A stretch of 54,136 bases of DNA from Actinomycetota bacterium (GTDB lineage Bacteria > Actinomycetota > UBA4738 > HRBIN12), in NCBI GenBank assembly GCA_044869895.1, contig JBIOXZ010000086.1, forward strand, positions 1 through 54,136. The letters are read 5' to 3'. Below are positions 17,274 through 27,442 of this stretch, piece by piece; position 1 is the first letter of the stretch; the number at the start of each line of letters is the position of its first letter. The notes beneath the pieces are model-generated. The model ran no database searches and was not told the DNA's origin. It saw only the letters and a list, made by a program, of their open reading frames with translations. Both the position numbers and the translations under genes were made by a program.

Positions 17274-18965
17274 TCAGCTCCACACGTCCGCGCTCCAGGA
17301 GACAGCGCTCCAGGAGGCCGCGCTCCACGTCATTCCGCTCCAGGAGAGGGCACTCCAGGAGACCGCGCTCCATCCCGGGGTGACCGCGGTCAGCTCACCC
17401 CAGGGCGAGGTGTACCAGGCGTACGCGGACCAGGACATGGCCGGCCACGGGAGTCCGAGGGCGTCGATCTCGCCGATCACCTTGTCCGGGATCCCGTCAC
17501 CGTCGATGTCGGCGTCCACGTGGAACGACCCTCTGCTGGCCTCGAGCGAACCGGTGCCGGTCGACGGAACGAGGCCCAGATTGGCCGGCATGACGCCGTT
17601 CGGGTTCCTCGCTGCTTGGAGAGCGCTCCCAACGTCCACCATTCCGGCGCCCGCGCCGAAGCCGTAGTTGCCGTTCTTGTAGGCCGTCTTCACCAGGACG
17701 CCTTTGGCCAGGTCGGGAGTGAGCCACGGGTTGGCCTGGAACATCAGGGCGGCCACGCCCGAGACGATGGCCGCGGCCTGGGACGTGCCGGTCCCCTTGA
17801 AGTAGGAGTCGCCGATGCGGGCGTCCGGATACAGCGTGTCGATCGTGCTTCCCGGGTCGCGCAGCGACACGATCGTGATGCCGGGCGCGATGATGTCGGG
17901 TTTGCTGAACCCGCCGGGGGATCCCCGGCTCGAGAACGCTGCGACGGTCGTGCTGCTGCGGTCCGGTGTTCCGTGATTGTCGGCGGCGCCCACGGTCAGC
18001 ACGAACGGGTCGTCCCCGGGCTTGTTGATCGTGTCGCCGCCGGGTCCACGGTTCCCGGCGGAAGCCACCACCAGGATGCCGGAGAACCACGCCTGCTCCA
18101 CGGCGTAGTCAAGGGGGTCGATGCCGTAGCTTTGGTCGGAGTCCGTGCCGAAGGCCAGGTTCAGGACCCGGATGTTGTAGGTGGTGCGGTTCGCCACGAC
18201 CCACTGGAGCCCGGCGATCACCACGGAGACGTCGGTGGAGCCATCGGGCCCTGCCACTTTGACGGACACGAGGTTCGCGCCGGGGGCGACCCCCCTCCAT
18301 TGACCGTCCGAGGCAGCGCCGGTCCCGCCGATGATCCCTGACATGTGCGTGCCGTGGCCATACCGATCGAACCCGTCGTGCTCTGGCGTCAGGTCCACCC
18401 GGGCAAGCAACCGGTCGCCGAGATCCTCCGACTCGGTCACACCGGTGTCCAACAGGGCGACCGTCACACCCGCGCCGTCGTAGTCCGCGTCGACCTGGTT
18501 CAGCCGGATGCTCTGCCGCCACGCCGTATTCGGGGCGAGCCTGTTGTACAGGGACGTTGGGGAACTGCTCATGCGGATCTCGCCGTCGCCCCAGACCAGG
18601 CCGACCGAGCTCGACCGCGCCAGATCGGCCAGGGCCGAGCCGGCGACGCTTGCCGAGAAGCCGCCCACGATCGAGAGCTCGTGTGTGACCGTCCCGCCGA
18701 GTGATCGGACGAGCCGCTCGGCAGCATCCGAAGGGGGCAGGGTCTCGCGGACGATCACGTTGACCGTGGATGCCGGAGCTGCCGCGGCCTCGGCGGCCAG
18801 GCCGGGATCGACCTTGGCGGCGATGGCCGAGGACCCGTCGGGTCGAGGCTGGACCCCCAGGAGAGCGAGAAGGGTGAGGGCCACCGCTGCGGCCAGCGAT
18901 CGCACGGTTCGATGCGAAAGGATCGTAGGTCGCACGATGTCCGCCGCTCTGACCGCCACCGTCAT
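17274..18965 (-). CDS. secreted subtilisin-like serine protease (peptidase S8) with C-terminal Trp-rich pentapeptide repeats
   Basis: The catalytic triad contexts are VALLDTGV (Asp), HGTHMSGIIGG (His) and GTSQAAAIVSG (Ser). I chose the start at MTVAVRAADIV...AAAVALTLLALLG (signal-like; ATG 18965). The track ORF extends to 19058. Confidence 0.8.
   Translation of the reverse strand: MTVAVRAADIVRPTILSHRTVRSLAAAVALTLLALLGVQPRPDGSSAIAAKVDPGLAAEAAAAPASTVNVIVRETLPPSDAAERLVRSLGGTVTHELSIVGGFSASVAGSALADLARSSSVGLVWGDGEIRMSSSPTSLYNRLAPNTAWRQSIRLNQVDADYDGAGVTVALLDTGVTESEDLGDRLLARVDLTPEHDGFDRYGHGTHMSGIIGGTGAASDGQWRGVAPGANLVSVKVAGPDGSTDVSVVIAGLQWVVANRTTYNIRVLNLAFGTDSDQSYGIDPLDYAVEQAWFSGILVVASAGNRGPGGDTINKPGDDPFVLTVGAADNHGTPDRSSTTVAAFSSRGSPGGFSKPDIIAPGITIVSLRDPGSTIDTLYPDARIGDSYFKGTGTSQAAAIVSGVAALMFQANPWLTPDLAKGVLVKTAYKNGNYGFGAGAGMVDVGSALQAARNPNGVMPANLGLVPSTGTGSLEASRGSFHVDADIDGDGIPDKVIGEIDALGLPWPAMSWSAYAWYTSPWGELTAVTPGWSAVSWSALSWSGMTWSAASWSAVSWSADVWS
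17277..17381 (-). repeat. 15-nt periodic coding repeat (about 6-7 units) encoding xxSWS pentapeptides
   Basis: The protein tail reads TPGWS AVSWS ALSWS GMTWS AASWS AVSWS ADVWS-stop. The DNA shows reiterated gcgctccaggag-type units. The + strand 'ALQE' ORF is the shadow of this repeat. Confidence 0.85.
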
Positions 18966-19142
18966 CCGACTTGCTCCGTCCCTTGGTGTTTGCCCATACG
19001 AAGGACGGGGCCAGTGTCCGACCCTCGGGGCATAGGCCGCATCGTCCGGCTGGGTCACTCATCGTGGGTGGACGGGTGATTCTCTTCGTACCGAAAGTCG
19101 TAGGACAGACGCGGCGCAGAGGTTGTTCGGCGAGGGCCTTGA

Positions 19143-19817
19143 CTAGCCGCTCAGGTCCTCCCGAAGGTCAATGTCGCGAAGCGTGCTCGCATGCGGATCG
19201 AGGGGGTGCCATGTGCCCTCATCCAGCCCTGCCACCCGGAGAGCGGTGAGGAGCGCCCTGAGGCTCCGCTCCCCCCGACCGAGCAGCGCGTGCGACGCCT
19301 GGCGCGCCGGCTCCACCCGGAGGGCCACCGGGAGCGGTCGCAGGGTCCCCACGTGCTCCAGCGCCACAGCGTCCGCTCCGGACCTCCGGACCTGACCGAG
19401 CATCTCCAGAAGGACGGACGAGGACATGTCGGGCATGTCTCCGGCCGCGACGAGCGCGAGCTCGGTCTCGACGTCGGCCAACCCGGCGGCGAGCCCGGCG
19501 AGCGGCCCCCGGCCTTCGACCGGATCACGCGCCACGCGCAGGCCGGGACGGATGGGAAGATCCGGTTCCGGGCCGTGCGGGCCCACGACCACCACCACCT
19601 CGAGGCACACGTCCGACAGCCTGAGCACGGCGTGGTGCAGGAGCGGCGCGCCCCGGTAGGGCTCCCGCAACTTGTCCCGGCCGAACCTGGAGGACCGCCC
19701 CCCCGCCAGAACGATGCCGGTGACCGGATCGGGGCCCTTCGGGGTCAGCGCTCGGCCTCCGGCCGGGCCCGCTCGCGGTTCTGCACGAACTCGAAACCGA
19801 ACCGGCCCTTGATACAC
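19143..19817 (-). CDS. mobA: molybdenum cofactor guanylyltransferase; true start probably downstream of the listed GTG
   Basis: The sequence reads GIVLAGGRSSRFG.DK...PLL.H...VVVVG...RD...GPLAGL.AGL...LVAAGDMP. The first 24 codons overlap the upstream gene and use atypical A/T-ending codons (see finding). Confidence 0.75.
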   Translation of the reverse strand: MYQGPVRFRVRAEPRAGPAGGRALTPKGPDPVTGIVLAGGRSSRFGRDKLREPYRGAPLLHHAVLRLSDVCLEVVVVVGPHGPEPDLPIRPGLRVARDPVEGRGPLAGLAAGLADVETELALVAAGDMPDMSSSVLLEMLGQVRRSGADAVALEHVGTLRPLPVALRVEPARQASHALLGRGERSLRALLTALRVAGLDEGTWHPLDPHASTLRDIDLREDLSG

Positions 19818-20703
19818 AGGTGCCCCCGGGTGATGTCATGGTCGAGCGGCGAGGTCACCTTCACGATCGCGTTGTCCTGGACGTGGAGTTCGAGGTCGCA
19901 CCCAACCCCGCAGTACGGGCAGATCGTCTCCACCACGGTCTGGTCGGATTCTTCCCAGGTCCCTTCCCGCCGCATCTCGTGCTCCGACCTGAACATCAAT
20001 GCTCCGGTGGGACACACGCCGATGCAGTTGCCGCAGTACACGCAAGCTGAATCGGGAAGTTGCACGTCGAACTCCGTCGAGATCCGGGCGTCGAACCCCC
20101 GACCGGCCACGGCGATGGCGAACGTGTTCTGCGCGTCCACGCCGCAGGCCTCGACGCACTTGTAGCAGAGGATGCAGCGCGAGTAGTCCCGAACGTAGAG
20201 GTCGTTGTCGACCTTCACCGGCTGGCCGACGGTCTCCGCCGCCGCGCCGTCGGGAGCCGGGTGGTGACCGGGGTGGCGCGCGTCGCGCTCCCCGGCCGCG
20301 GCCGGCGGCGCGGCCTGCCCGTACCGCTCGGGCTCGGCCCCGTACGCACCGACCCACCGCCTGACGTCCGGCGACGCCAGCGAGAGGTCCACGGACGAAG
20401 AGAGGAACTCGAGGACGAGGCGCCGGGACGTGCGGACCCGATCGGAGTCCGTCACGACCTTCATCCCGGGCTCGACCGGACGAGCGCAGGCCGGCGCGAG
20501 GACCCGCGACCCCTCCACCTCGACGACACACACTCGGCACACGTTCACCGGCGTGAGGTTCTCCAGGTAGCACAAGGTGGGCGTGTCGATCCCCTCGGTC
20601 CGGCAGGCCTCGAGGATGGTGGAGCCCTCAGGTACCCGGACCGGCTTCCCGTCGATCTCCATGTCGACGAGCCGCTTCGGCGGTGCGAGGGAAACGACCT
20701 GGC

Positions 20704-20707
<4 letters not shown>
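19745..20707 (-). CDS. formate dehydrogenase Fe-S subunit, equal to the N-terminal half of an FdsA/FdhF-type alpha subunit (2Fe-2S, 2x4Fe-4S ferredoxin motifs, Mo-bisPGD 4Fe-4S cap)
   Basis: The 2Fe-2S motif is CYLENLTPVNVCRVCVVEV...APAC. The ferredoxin motifs are CILCYKCVEAC and CVYCGNCIGVCP. The cap motif is CPYCGVGCDLELHV...GHLCIKGRFGFEFV (compare E. coli FdhF CPYCASGC...LCLKGYYGWDF). The ORF stops right after the cap. The GTG start overlaps the stop of the NuoE/F-like gene (GTGA). Confidence 0.8.
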
Positions 20708-22551
<1,844 letters not shown>

Positions 22552-22561
22552 CCGACCTCCT

Positions 22562-24499
22562 TCACTCTCCGCCCCCGCCGCCGGCAGCCTGCGCCGGCTG
22601 CTCGATCCGGTCGATCCGGATCGCACTGGCCTTGAACTCCGCCGTGCCCGACTTCGGGTCCCATGCGTCGATCGTCAGGGCGTTCGTATCCACGTCGTCG
22701 GGGAAGTGCAACGTCATGAAGGCCAGGCCGGGCCGGAGCGTGCGATCAACGTGCACCGGGGCCTCGATCTTTCCCCGCCGCGAGGACACGAGCACCCGCT
22801 CATCCTCCGTCACGCCCACCCGATCCGCGTCTTCCGGCGAGACGCACACCGCCTCCTTCCGCCGAAGCGGCGACGAGTACAGGCCCGACTGCACCCCGGT
22901 GTTGAACGAATCGAGGCGCCTTCCCGTCGTCAGCCGGATGGGGAACTCCTCGGACAGCTCGTCGACCGGCGGCTCGAAGGGAACGACGCTGAACGGGGCC
23001 GCGGCCCCCCGCTTCTGTGGATCCTCCTCCCACAACCGCGCGTGGAGGAAGGTGGAACCGGGGTCGTCCTCGTCGAGGCACGGCCACTGGATACCGTTCA
23101 TGGCCTCCAACCGTTCGTAGGTCATGCCGTGGTGCATCGGCGACAGCGAGCGCAACTCGTCCCAGGCCGCGTGGGGGGTGAGGACTCCCCAGTCCCTGCC
23201 GAGGCGCTTGGCCATCTCGGCGAGGATCCAGATGTCGTCCTTCGCCTGTCCGGGGGGCTCGAGCGCCTTGCGCACCCGCTGCACTCGGCGTTCGCTGTTC
23301 GTCACCGTCCCCTCGGTCTCGGCCCAGGCTGCGGCGGCGGGCAGGACTACATCGGCCATCTCCGCGGTCTGCGTCAGGAGGATGTCCTGCACGATCAGGC
23401 AGTCCAGGTCCTCGAGCAGATGCTTCGCCCGGCTCGAGTCGGCCTCGGAGGTGGCTGGGTTCTCTCCGATCACGTACAGGGCGGTGAGGTCGCCTCGTTC
23501 CATGGCCTCGAACATCAGTGACAGGTGCCAGCCGTACTTCGGAGGGATGGCGCAGCTCCACGCTCTCTCGAACCTCGCCCGGGCCTCCGGCATCGTCTGG
23601 ATGTCCTGGAAGCCGGGAAGCTTGTTGGGGATGGCTCCCATGTCGCCGCCGCCCTGGACGTTGTTCTGGCCCCGAAGCGGGTTCAGGCCGGATCCATACC
23701 TCCCCACGTGCCCGCACAGCAGGCCGAGATTGATCAGGGCCAGCACGTTGTCGACGGCGTTGTGGTGCTCGGTGATACCCAGGGTCCAGCAGATCTCCGC
23801 TCGGTCGGCCCGAGCATAGGCGTGCGCGAACTCCTCGATGACCTTGGCCGGCACCCCGGTCGCGCGTTCGCCCTCCTCGAGTGTCCAGGGCTCGACCGAA
23901 GCTGCATAGTCGTCGAACCCGGAGGTCCCAATCCGGATGAACGTCGGGTCGTGGAGCCCGGCGCGGATGATCTCGCGAGCCATGGTGTTCGAGAGCGCGA
24001 TGTCGGAACCAACGTCGATGCCGAGCCACACGTCGGCCCACTCGGCGGAAGTGGTCCGGCGGGGATCGACGACGTACAGCCTTGCGCCGTTCCGGATGCC
24101 CTTGAGGACGTGGTGGAAGAAGATCGGATGCGTCTCCCGCGCATTCGACCCCCACAGCACGATGAGATCGGTGTTCTGGATCTCCTCGTACGAACTGGTC
24201 CCGCCGCCTGCTCCGAACACCGTGGCCAGACCGACCACGCTGGGAGCGTGTCAGGTGCGGTTGCAGCTGTCGATGTTGTTGCTGCCCAGGACCTGACGCA
24301 TGAACTTCTGCGCGACGAAGTTCATCTCGTTCGTGGCCTTGGAGCAGCTGAACAGGCCAACCCCCTCGCCGCCGTTCCGCTGCCGCGCCGCACGCAGCCC
24401 TCCTGCGGCCCGGTTCAGGGCCTCGTCCCAGGTCGCCGCGCGAAGCGCACCGTTCTCGCGGACCAACGGCTCGGTGAGTCGGGTCCGGCCGTTCCCCAT
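22562..24499 (-). CDS. fdhA: formate dehydrogenase catalytic (molybdopterin) subunit, selenocysteine-containing. One gene of 645 codons read through TGA at 24253-24251; it lacks the usual N-terminal Fe-S cap
   Basis: Track ORFs 24251..24499 and 22562..24238 are in the same frame and separated only by TGA plus 4 codons. The joined sequence is ...SNNIDSCNRT-U-HAPSVVGLATVFGAGGGTSS..EIQNTD, which parallels E. coli FdhF ...NNVDCCARV-U-HGPSVAGL..G.GAMSN..EI.NTD. Downstream motifs are typical MopB/FDH (RGQNNVQG, TVTNSERR.QR). The strong SD GGAAGGAAGGAGG lies 8 nt before ATG 24499. Confidence 0.85.
24222..24238 (-). promoter_or_regulatory. bacterial SECIS apical hairpin for the fdhA UGA
   Basis: The reverse strand reads UGA-CACGCUCCCAGC-GUGGUC-GGUCU-GGCCAC. 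This is a 6-bp stem with a GGUCU loop that begins 12 nt after the UGA. The loop GGU-CUG codons are in the same register (codons 7-8 after UGA) as in the E. coli fdhF SECIS. Confidence 0.75.
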
Positions 24500-24554
24500 C
24501 GAGCTGGCCTCCTTCCTTCCCGACGAAGCCGATTCTAGTCCTGGGCGTCACGCA

Positions 24555-25409
24555 TCAGGTCAGGGCGATCCGCTCGGGATGCGAGTACACGTTGAACCTG
24601 CCGTCGCGAACGAACCCGACCACGGTCTGGCCCATGCGTTCTGCCAGGTCGACCGCGAGCGATGAGGGCGCCGAGACCGCCGCCACGACGGGGATCCCGG
24701 CGACACCGGCCTTCTGCACGATCTCGAAGGACGCTCGGCCCGAGACCAGGAGGATCCTCTCCGACAGCGGCAGGTCGCCGGCCAAGAAGGCCTCCCCGAC
24801 GATCTTGTCCACCGCGTTGTGACGGCCCACGTCCTCTCGGAGCGACAACAGCTTGCCGGTTGGGGCGAACAGCCCGGCCGCGTGGAGCCCTCCGGTCTGC
24901 TCGAACACCTTCTGGGCCCGGCGAAGCTCGCCCGGCAGGCCCTCGATCACGTCGCGCGCCACCTCCGGGCCCGGACCGATCGAGGCGCACTGCACCTCCA
25001 CGTGCTCCAGGCTCGCCTTCCCACAGATCCCGCACGAGGAGTTCGCGTAGAAGTTTCGGGACAGCGTGCCCGGGTCGAACGGGCGGGCCAGGTTCACCGT
25101 GACCACGTTGTAATGCTGTTCGTCCTGGTCCAGGTCCTCGCAGTAGCTCACCTTTCGGACGTCGTCGCGGGCCCGGATCAGCCCCTCGGTGAACAGGAAC
25201 CCTACGGCGAGGTCGAAGTCGGCGCCTGGGGTCCGCATCGTGACCGCGACCGACACGGCGTCCTGCCCCGGACCCTGGGCCCGGATCTCCATGGGCTCCT
25301 CGGTGGCCAGGCGATCGGCCAGCTCGTGCGCCGCGCCGTCACGGACGGCCAGCACCTTGGCCTGGGTGACATTCCGGCGCAGGGGGATGGCCTGGCCCAC
25401 GGGACCCAT
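24555..25409 (-). CDS. fdhD: formate dehydrogenase accessory sulfurtransferase
   Basis: The sequence reads EEPMEIR...TMRTPG.D.DLA.GFL.TEG...SSCGICGK.S...GG.HAA.LF...EDVGRHNA.DK..G...L.VSGR.SFE.VQKA..AGIP...AVSAPSSLA. Confidence 0.85.
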   Translation of the reverse strand: MGPVGQAIPLRRNVTQAKVLAVRDGAAHELADRLATEEPMEIRAQGPGQDAVSVAVTMRTPGADFDLAVGFLFTEGLIRARDDVRKVSYCEDLDQDEQHYNVVTVNLARPFDPGTLSRNFYANSSCGICGKASLEHVEVQCASIGPGPEVARDVIEGLPGELRRAQKVFEQTGGLHAAGLFAPTGKLLSLREDVGRHNAVDKIVGEAFLAGDLPLSERILLVSGRASFEIVQKAGVAGIPVVAAVSAPSSLAVDLAERMGQTVVGFVRDGRFNVYSHPERIALT

Positions 25410-25494
25410 TATGCGACTCGGGCGGGTCAGGCCGACCGCAGGGTATCCTCACGTGGCGTTTGAACGAGCGGTCAAAATGGAGGCCGTCGGACCG

Positions 25495-27165
25495 ATGAAG
25501 AGCGGGCTCGAGATCGCGCAAGGGGCCCTCCTGCGGCCCATCACCGAGATCGCCGCGGCGGCTGGTATCGAGGAGGGCGAGCTCGAGCCCTTCGGCCGTC
25601 ATCGGGCGAAGGTTTCCCTCTCGGCGATGGAGCGGCTGTCCGGCCGGCCCGACGGGAAATTCGTGGTGACCACGGCCATCACCCCGACGAAGGCCGGCGA
25701 GGGAAAGACCACCACCTCGATCTCGCTCACCCAAGGCCTGGGGAAGATCGGTCAGAAGGTCGTCCTCTGCCTACGGGAGCCTTCGATGGGCCCCGTGTTC
25801 GGCATCAAGGGTGGCGGCACGGGCGGGGGCTACGCCCAGGTGGTGCCGATGGAGGACATCAACCTCCACTTCAACGGCGACTTCCACGCCGTCACCGCGG
25901 CGCACAACCTGCTGTGCGCCGCCCTCGATGCGTCGATCTACTTCGGGAACCCGCTGGGGATCGACCCGGGCACCATCACCTGGCCGAGGACCCTCGACGT
26001 GAACGATCGCGAGCTCCGTTACACGGTGGTCGGGCTCGGCGGCAAGGCGCACGGCGTTCCCCGCGAGAACTCCTTCGTCATCACCGCGGCGTCGGAGATC
26101 ATGGCCGTGCTCGCACTGGCGTCCGATCTCCAGGACCTCCGGACCCGCCTCGGTCGGATCGTGGTCGGGGACACCGTCGAGGGTAAGCCGGTCACCGCCG
26201 AGGACCTCAAGGTCGCGGGGGCCATGGCGGTGGTGATGAAGGACGCGATCAAGCCCAACCTGGTACAGACGCTCGAGGGGCAGCCGGTGCTGATCCACGC
26301 CGGGCCGTTCGGGAACGTCGCCCACGCGAACAACTCGATCGTCGAGGATCGGATCGCCCTCAAGCTCGCCGATTACGTCGTCACGGAGGGCGGTTTCGCC
26401 AGCGACCTCGGGTTCCAGAAGTTCGCCGACATCGTGTGCAGGTTCGGCGGCTTCGTCCCCAATGCCGCCGTGCTCGTCGCCACCGTTCGGGCGCTGAAGT
26501 CCCACGGCGGCATGGCCTTCGAGGAGCTCGGCACCGAGGACCCGGATGCCCTTCGCCGAGGTTCGGAGAACCTGGCGGCGCACATCGACATCGTGAAGGC
26601 GTACGGCCTGCCATGCGTCGTGGCCATCAACCGATTCCCCACCGACACCGACGGGGAGGTGGCCTTGGTCGACGAGCTTGCTACCCAGCTGGGCGCGGAG
26701 CGGGTCGTGGTGAACGACGGGTTCACCCGAGGAGGCGAGGGAGCCCTCGACCTGGCCCGGGCCGTCGTGGAGGCGTGCGAGCGGCCGAGCGGCTTCTCTC
26801 AACTCACACCGCCGGGCGCGCCGATCAAGGAACAGGTCGAGGCCATCGCCACGCGACTGTACGGGGCCGACGGAGTGGCCTATCTGCCGCAGGCCGAGAG
26901 GGACATCGCCCGTATGGAGTCGCTGGGATTCGGGCAGTATCCCGTCTGCATGGCCAAGACCCAGCTCTCCCTGACGCACGACCCCACCGCCCTGAACCGG
27001 CCGAAGGGGTGGCGACTGCCGGTCAGAGGTGTGGTCCCCTCGGCCGGCGCCGGCTTCGTGGTGGTGCTGTGCGGCGACATGCAACGGATGCCCGGGTTGG
27101 GGCGGACCCCGGCCTTCACGAACATCGACATCGACCGGGACGGACGCACCGTCGGGCTCTATTAG
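25495..27165 (+). CDS. fhs: formate--tetrahydrofolate ligase
   Basis: The sequence reads MKSGLEIAQ.A.L.PI.EIA...GI....EP.G..KAK...VTAI.PT.AGEGKTTT...L...L...G, then MEDINLHF.GD.HA, PVL.H.GPF.N.AHG.NS and P.V.A.N.F..DT. I chose the start at the second Met (25495; GGAGG 11 nt upstream). The alternative ATG is at 25477. The upstream part of track ORF 25189.. is antisense to fdhD. Confidence 0.85.
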   Translation: MKSGLEIAQGALLRPITEIAAAAGIEEGELEPFGRHRAKVSLSAMERLSGRPDGKFVVTTAITPTKAGEGKTTTSISLTQGLGKIGQKVVLCLREPSMGPVFGIKGGGTGGGYAQVVPMEDINLHFNGDFHAVTAAHNLLCAALDASIYFGNPLGIDPGTITWPRTLDVNDRELRYTVVGLGGKAHGVPRENSFVITAASEIMAVLALASDLQDLRTRLGRIVVGDTVEGKPVTAEDLKVAGAMAVVMKDAIKPNLVQTLEGQPVLIHAGPFGNVAHANNSIVEDRIALKLADYVVTEGGFASDLGFQKFADIVCRFGGFVPNAAVLVATVRALKSHGGMAFEELGTEDPDALRRGSENLAAHIDIVKAYGLPCVVAINRFPTDTDGEVALVDELATQLGAERVVVNDGFTRGGEGALDLARAVVEACERPSGFSQLTPPGAPIKEQVEAIATRLYGADGVAYLPQAERDIARMESLGFGQYPVCMAKTQLSLTHDPTALNRPKGWRLPVRGVVPSAGAGFVVVLCGDMQRMPGLGRTPAFTNIDIDRDGRTVGLY

Positions 27166-27353
27166 CCGGCGAGCAGCGACCCTCCCTCCACTCGGATCCA
27201 CGCGGCCCGGCTGACCACCTCGTTCCGGTCGAAATCGAAGATCCCTCCGCCCGCGGGGGCCGCCTCCCAGAGCGCCCCGCACTCGGGACAGGACCACAAG
27301 CTCTGCGCTTGAGGCTCCGTGTGCATGGGTGGCGCGCACGTGTGCAACGGCAT
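27162..27353 (-). CDS. hypothetical 63-aa protein with possible zinc-ribbon cysteines
   Basis: The sequence is MPLHTCAPPMH...WSCPECGALWEAAP... with mostly G/C-ending codons. It overlaps the fhs stop convergently by 4 nt. I recognise no family. Confidence 0.35.
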   Translation of the reverse strand: MPLHTCAPPMHTEPQAQSLWSCPECGALWEAAPAGGGIFDFDRNEVVSRAAWIRVEGGSLLAG

Positions 27354-27373
27354 GATTCGACCTCCCGGCTCGA

Positions 27374-27391
27374 AATCACATACCTGTGATT
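27374..27391. promoter_or_regulatory. perfect 7-bp inverted repeat AATCACA-tacc-TGTGATT (candidate operator)
   Basis: This A/T-rich palindrome sits in an otherwise GC-rich 89-nt intergenic gap, 21-38 nt upstream of the ATG of ORF 27162..27353 and downstream of the GcvT-like gene. Confidence 0.3.
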
Positions 27392-27442
27392 CCCGACAGC
27401 CTATCGCACCGGAGGGGCGATGTGGGCGAACGAACCGGAGGA

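Noticed and set aside
16930-17667. The + strand ORF with reiterated ALQE/ALH peptides over 17274-17400, considered as a repeat protein or non-coding tandem repeat.
   Set aside because: It is the reverse-complement shadow of the xxSWS repeat at the C-terminus of the S8 protease. The protease frame is continuous with a catalytic domain that has a complete Asp/His/Ser triad.
24238-24251. An apparent break of the formate dehydrogenase catalytic gene into two ORFs, which could be read as a pseudogene or frameshift.
   Set aside because: Both pieces are in the same frame. The only interruption is a single TGA at the position of Sec140 in E. coli FdhF, and a SECIS-like hairpin follows at the canonical distance. 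I therefore interpret it as selenocysteine recoding, not decay.
27374-27391. The TCACA/TGTGA palindrome considered as a CRP/Crp-Fnr binding site.
   Set aside because: The half-sites are in the inverted order, with a 4-nt rather than 6-nt spacer. It does not fit the TGTGA-N6-TCACA consensus. I kept it only as a generic operator candidate.
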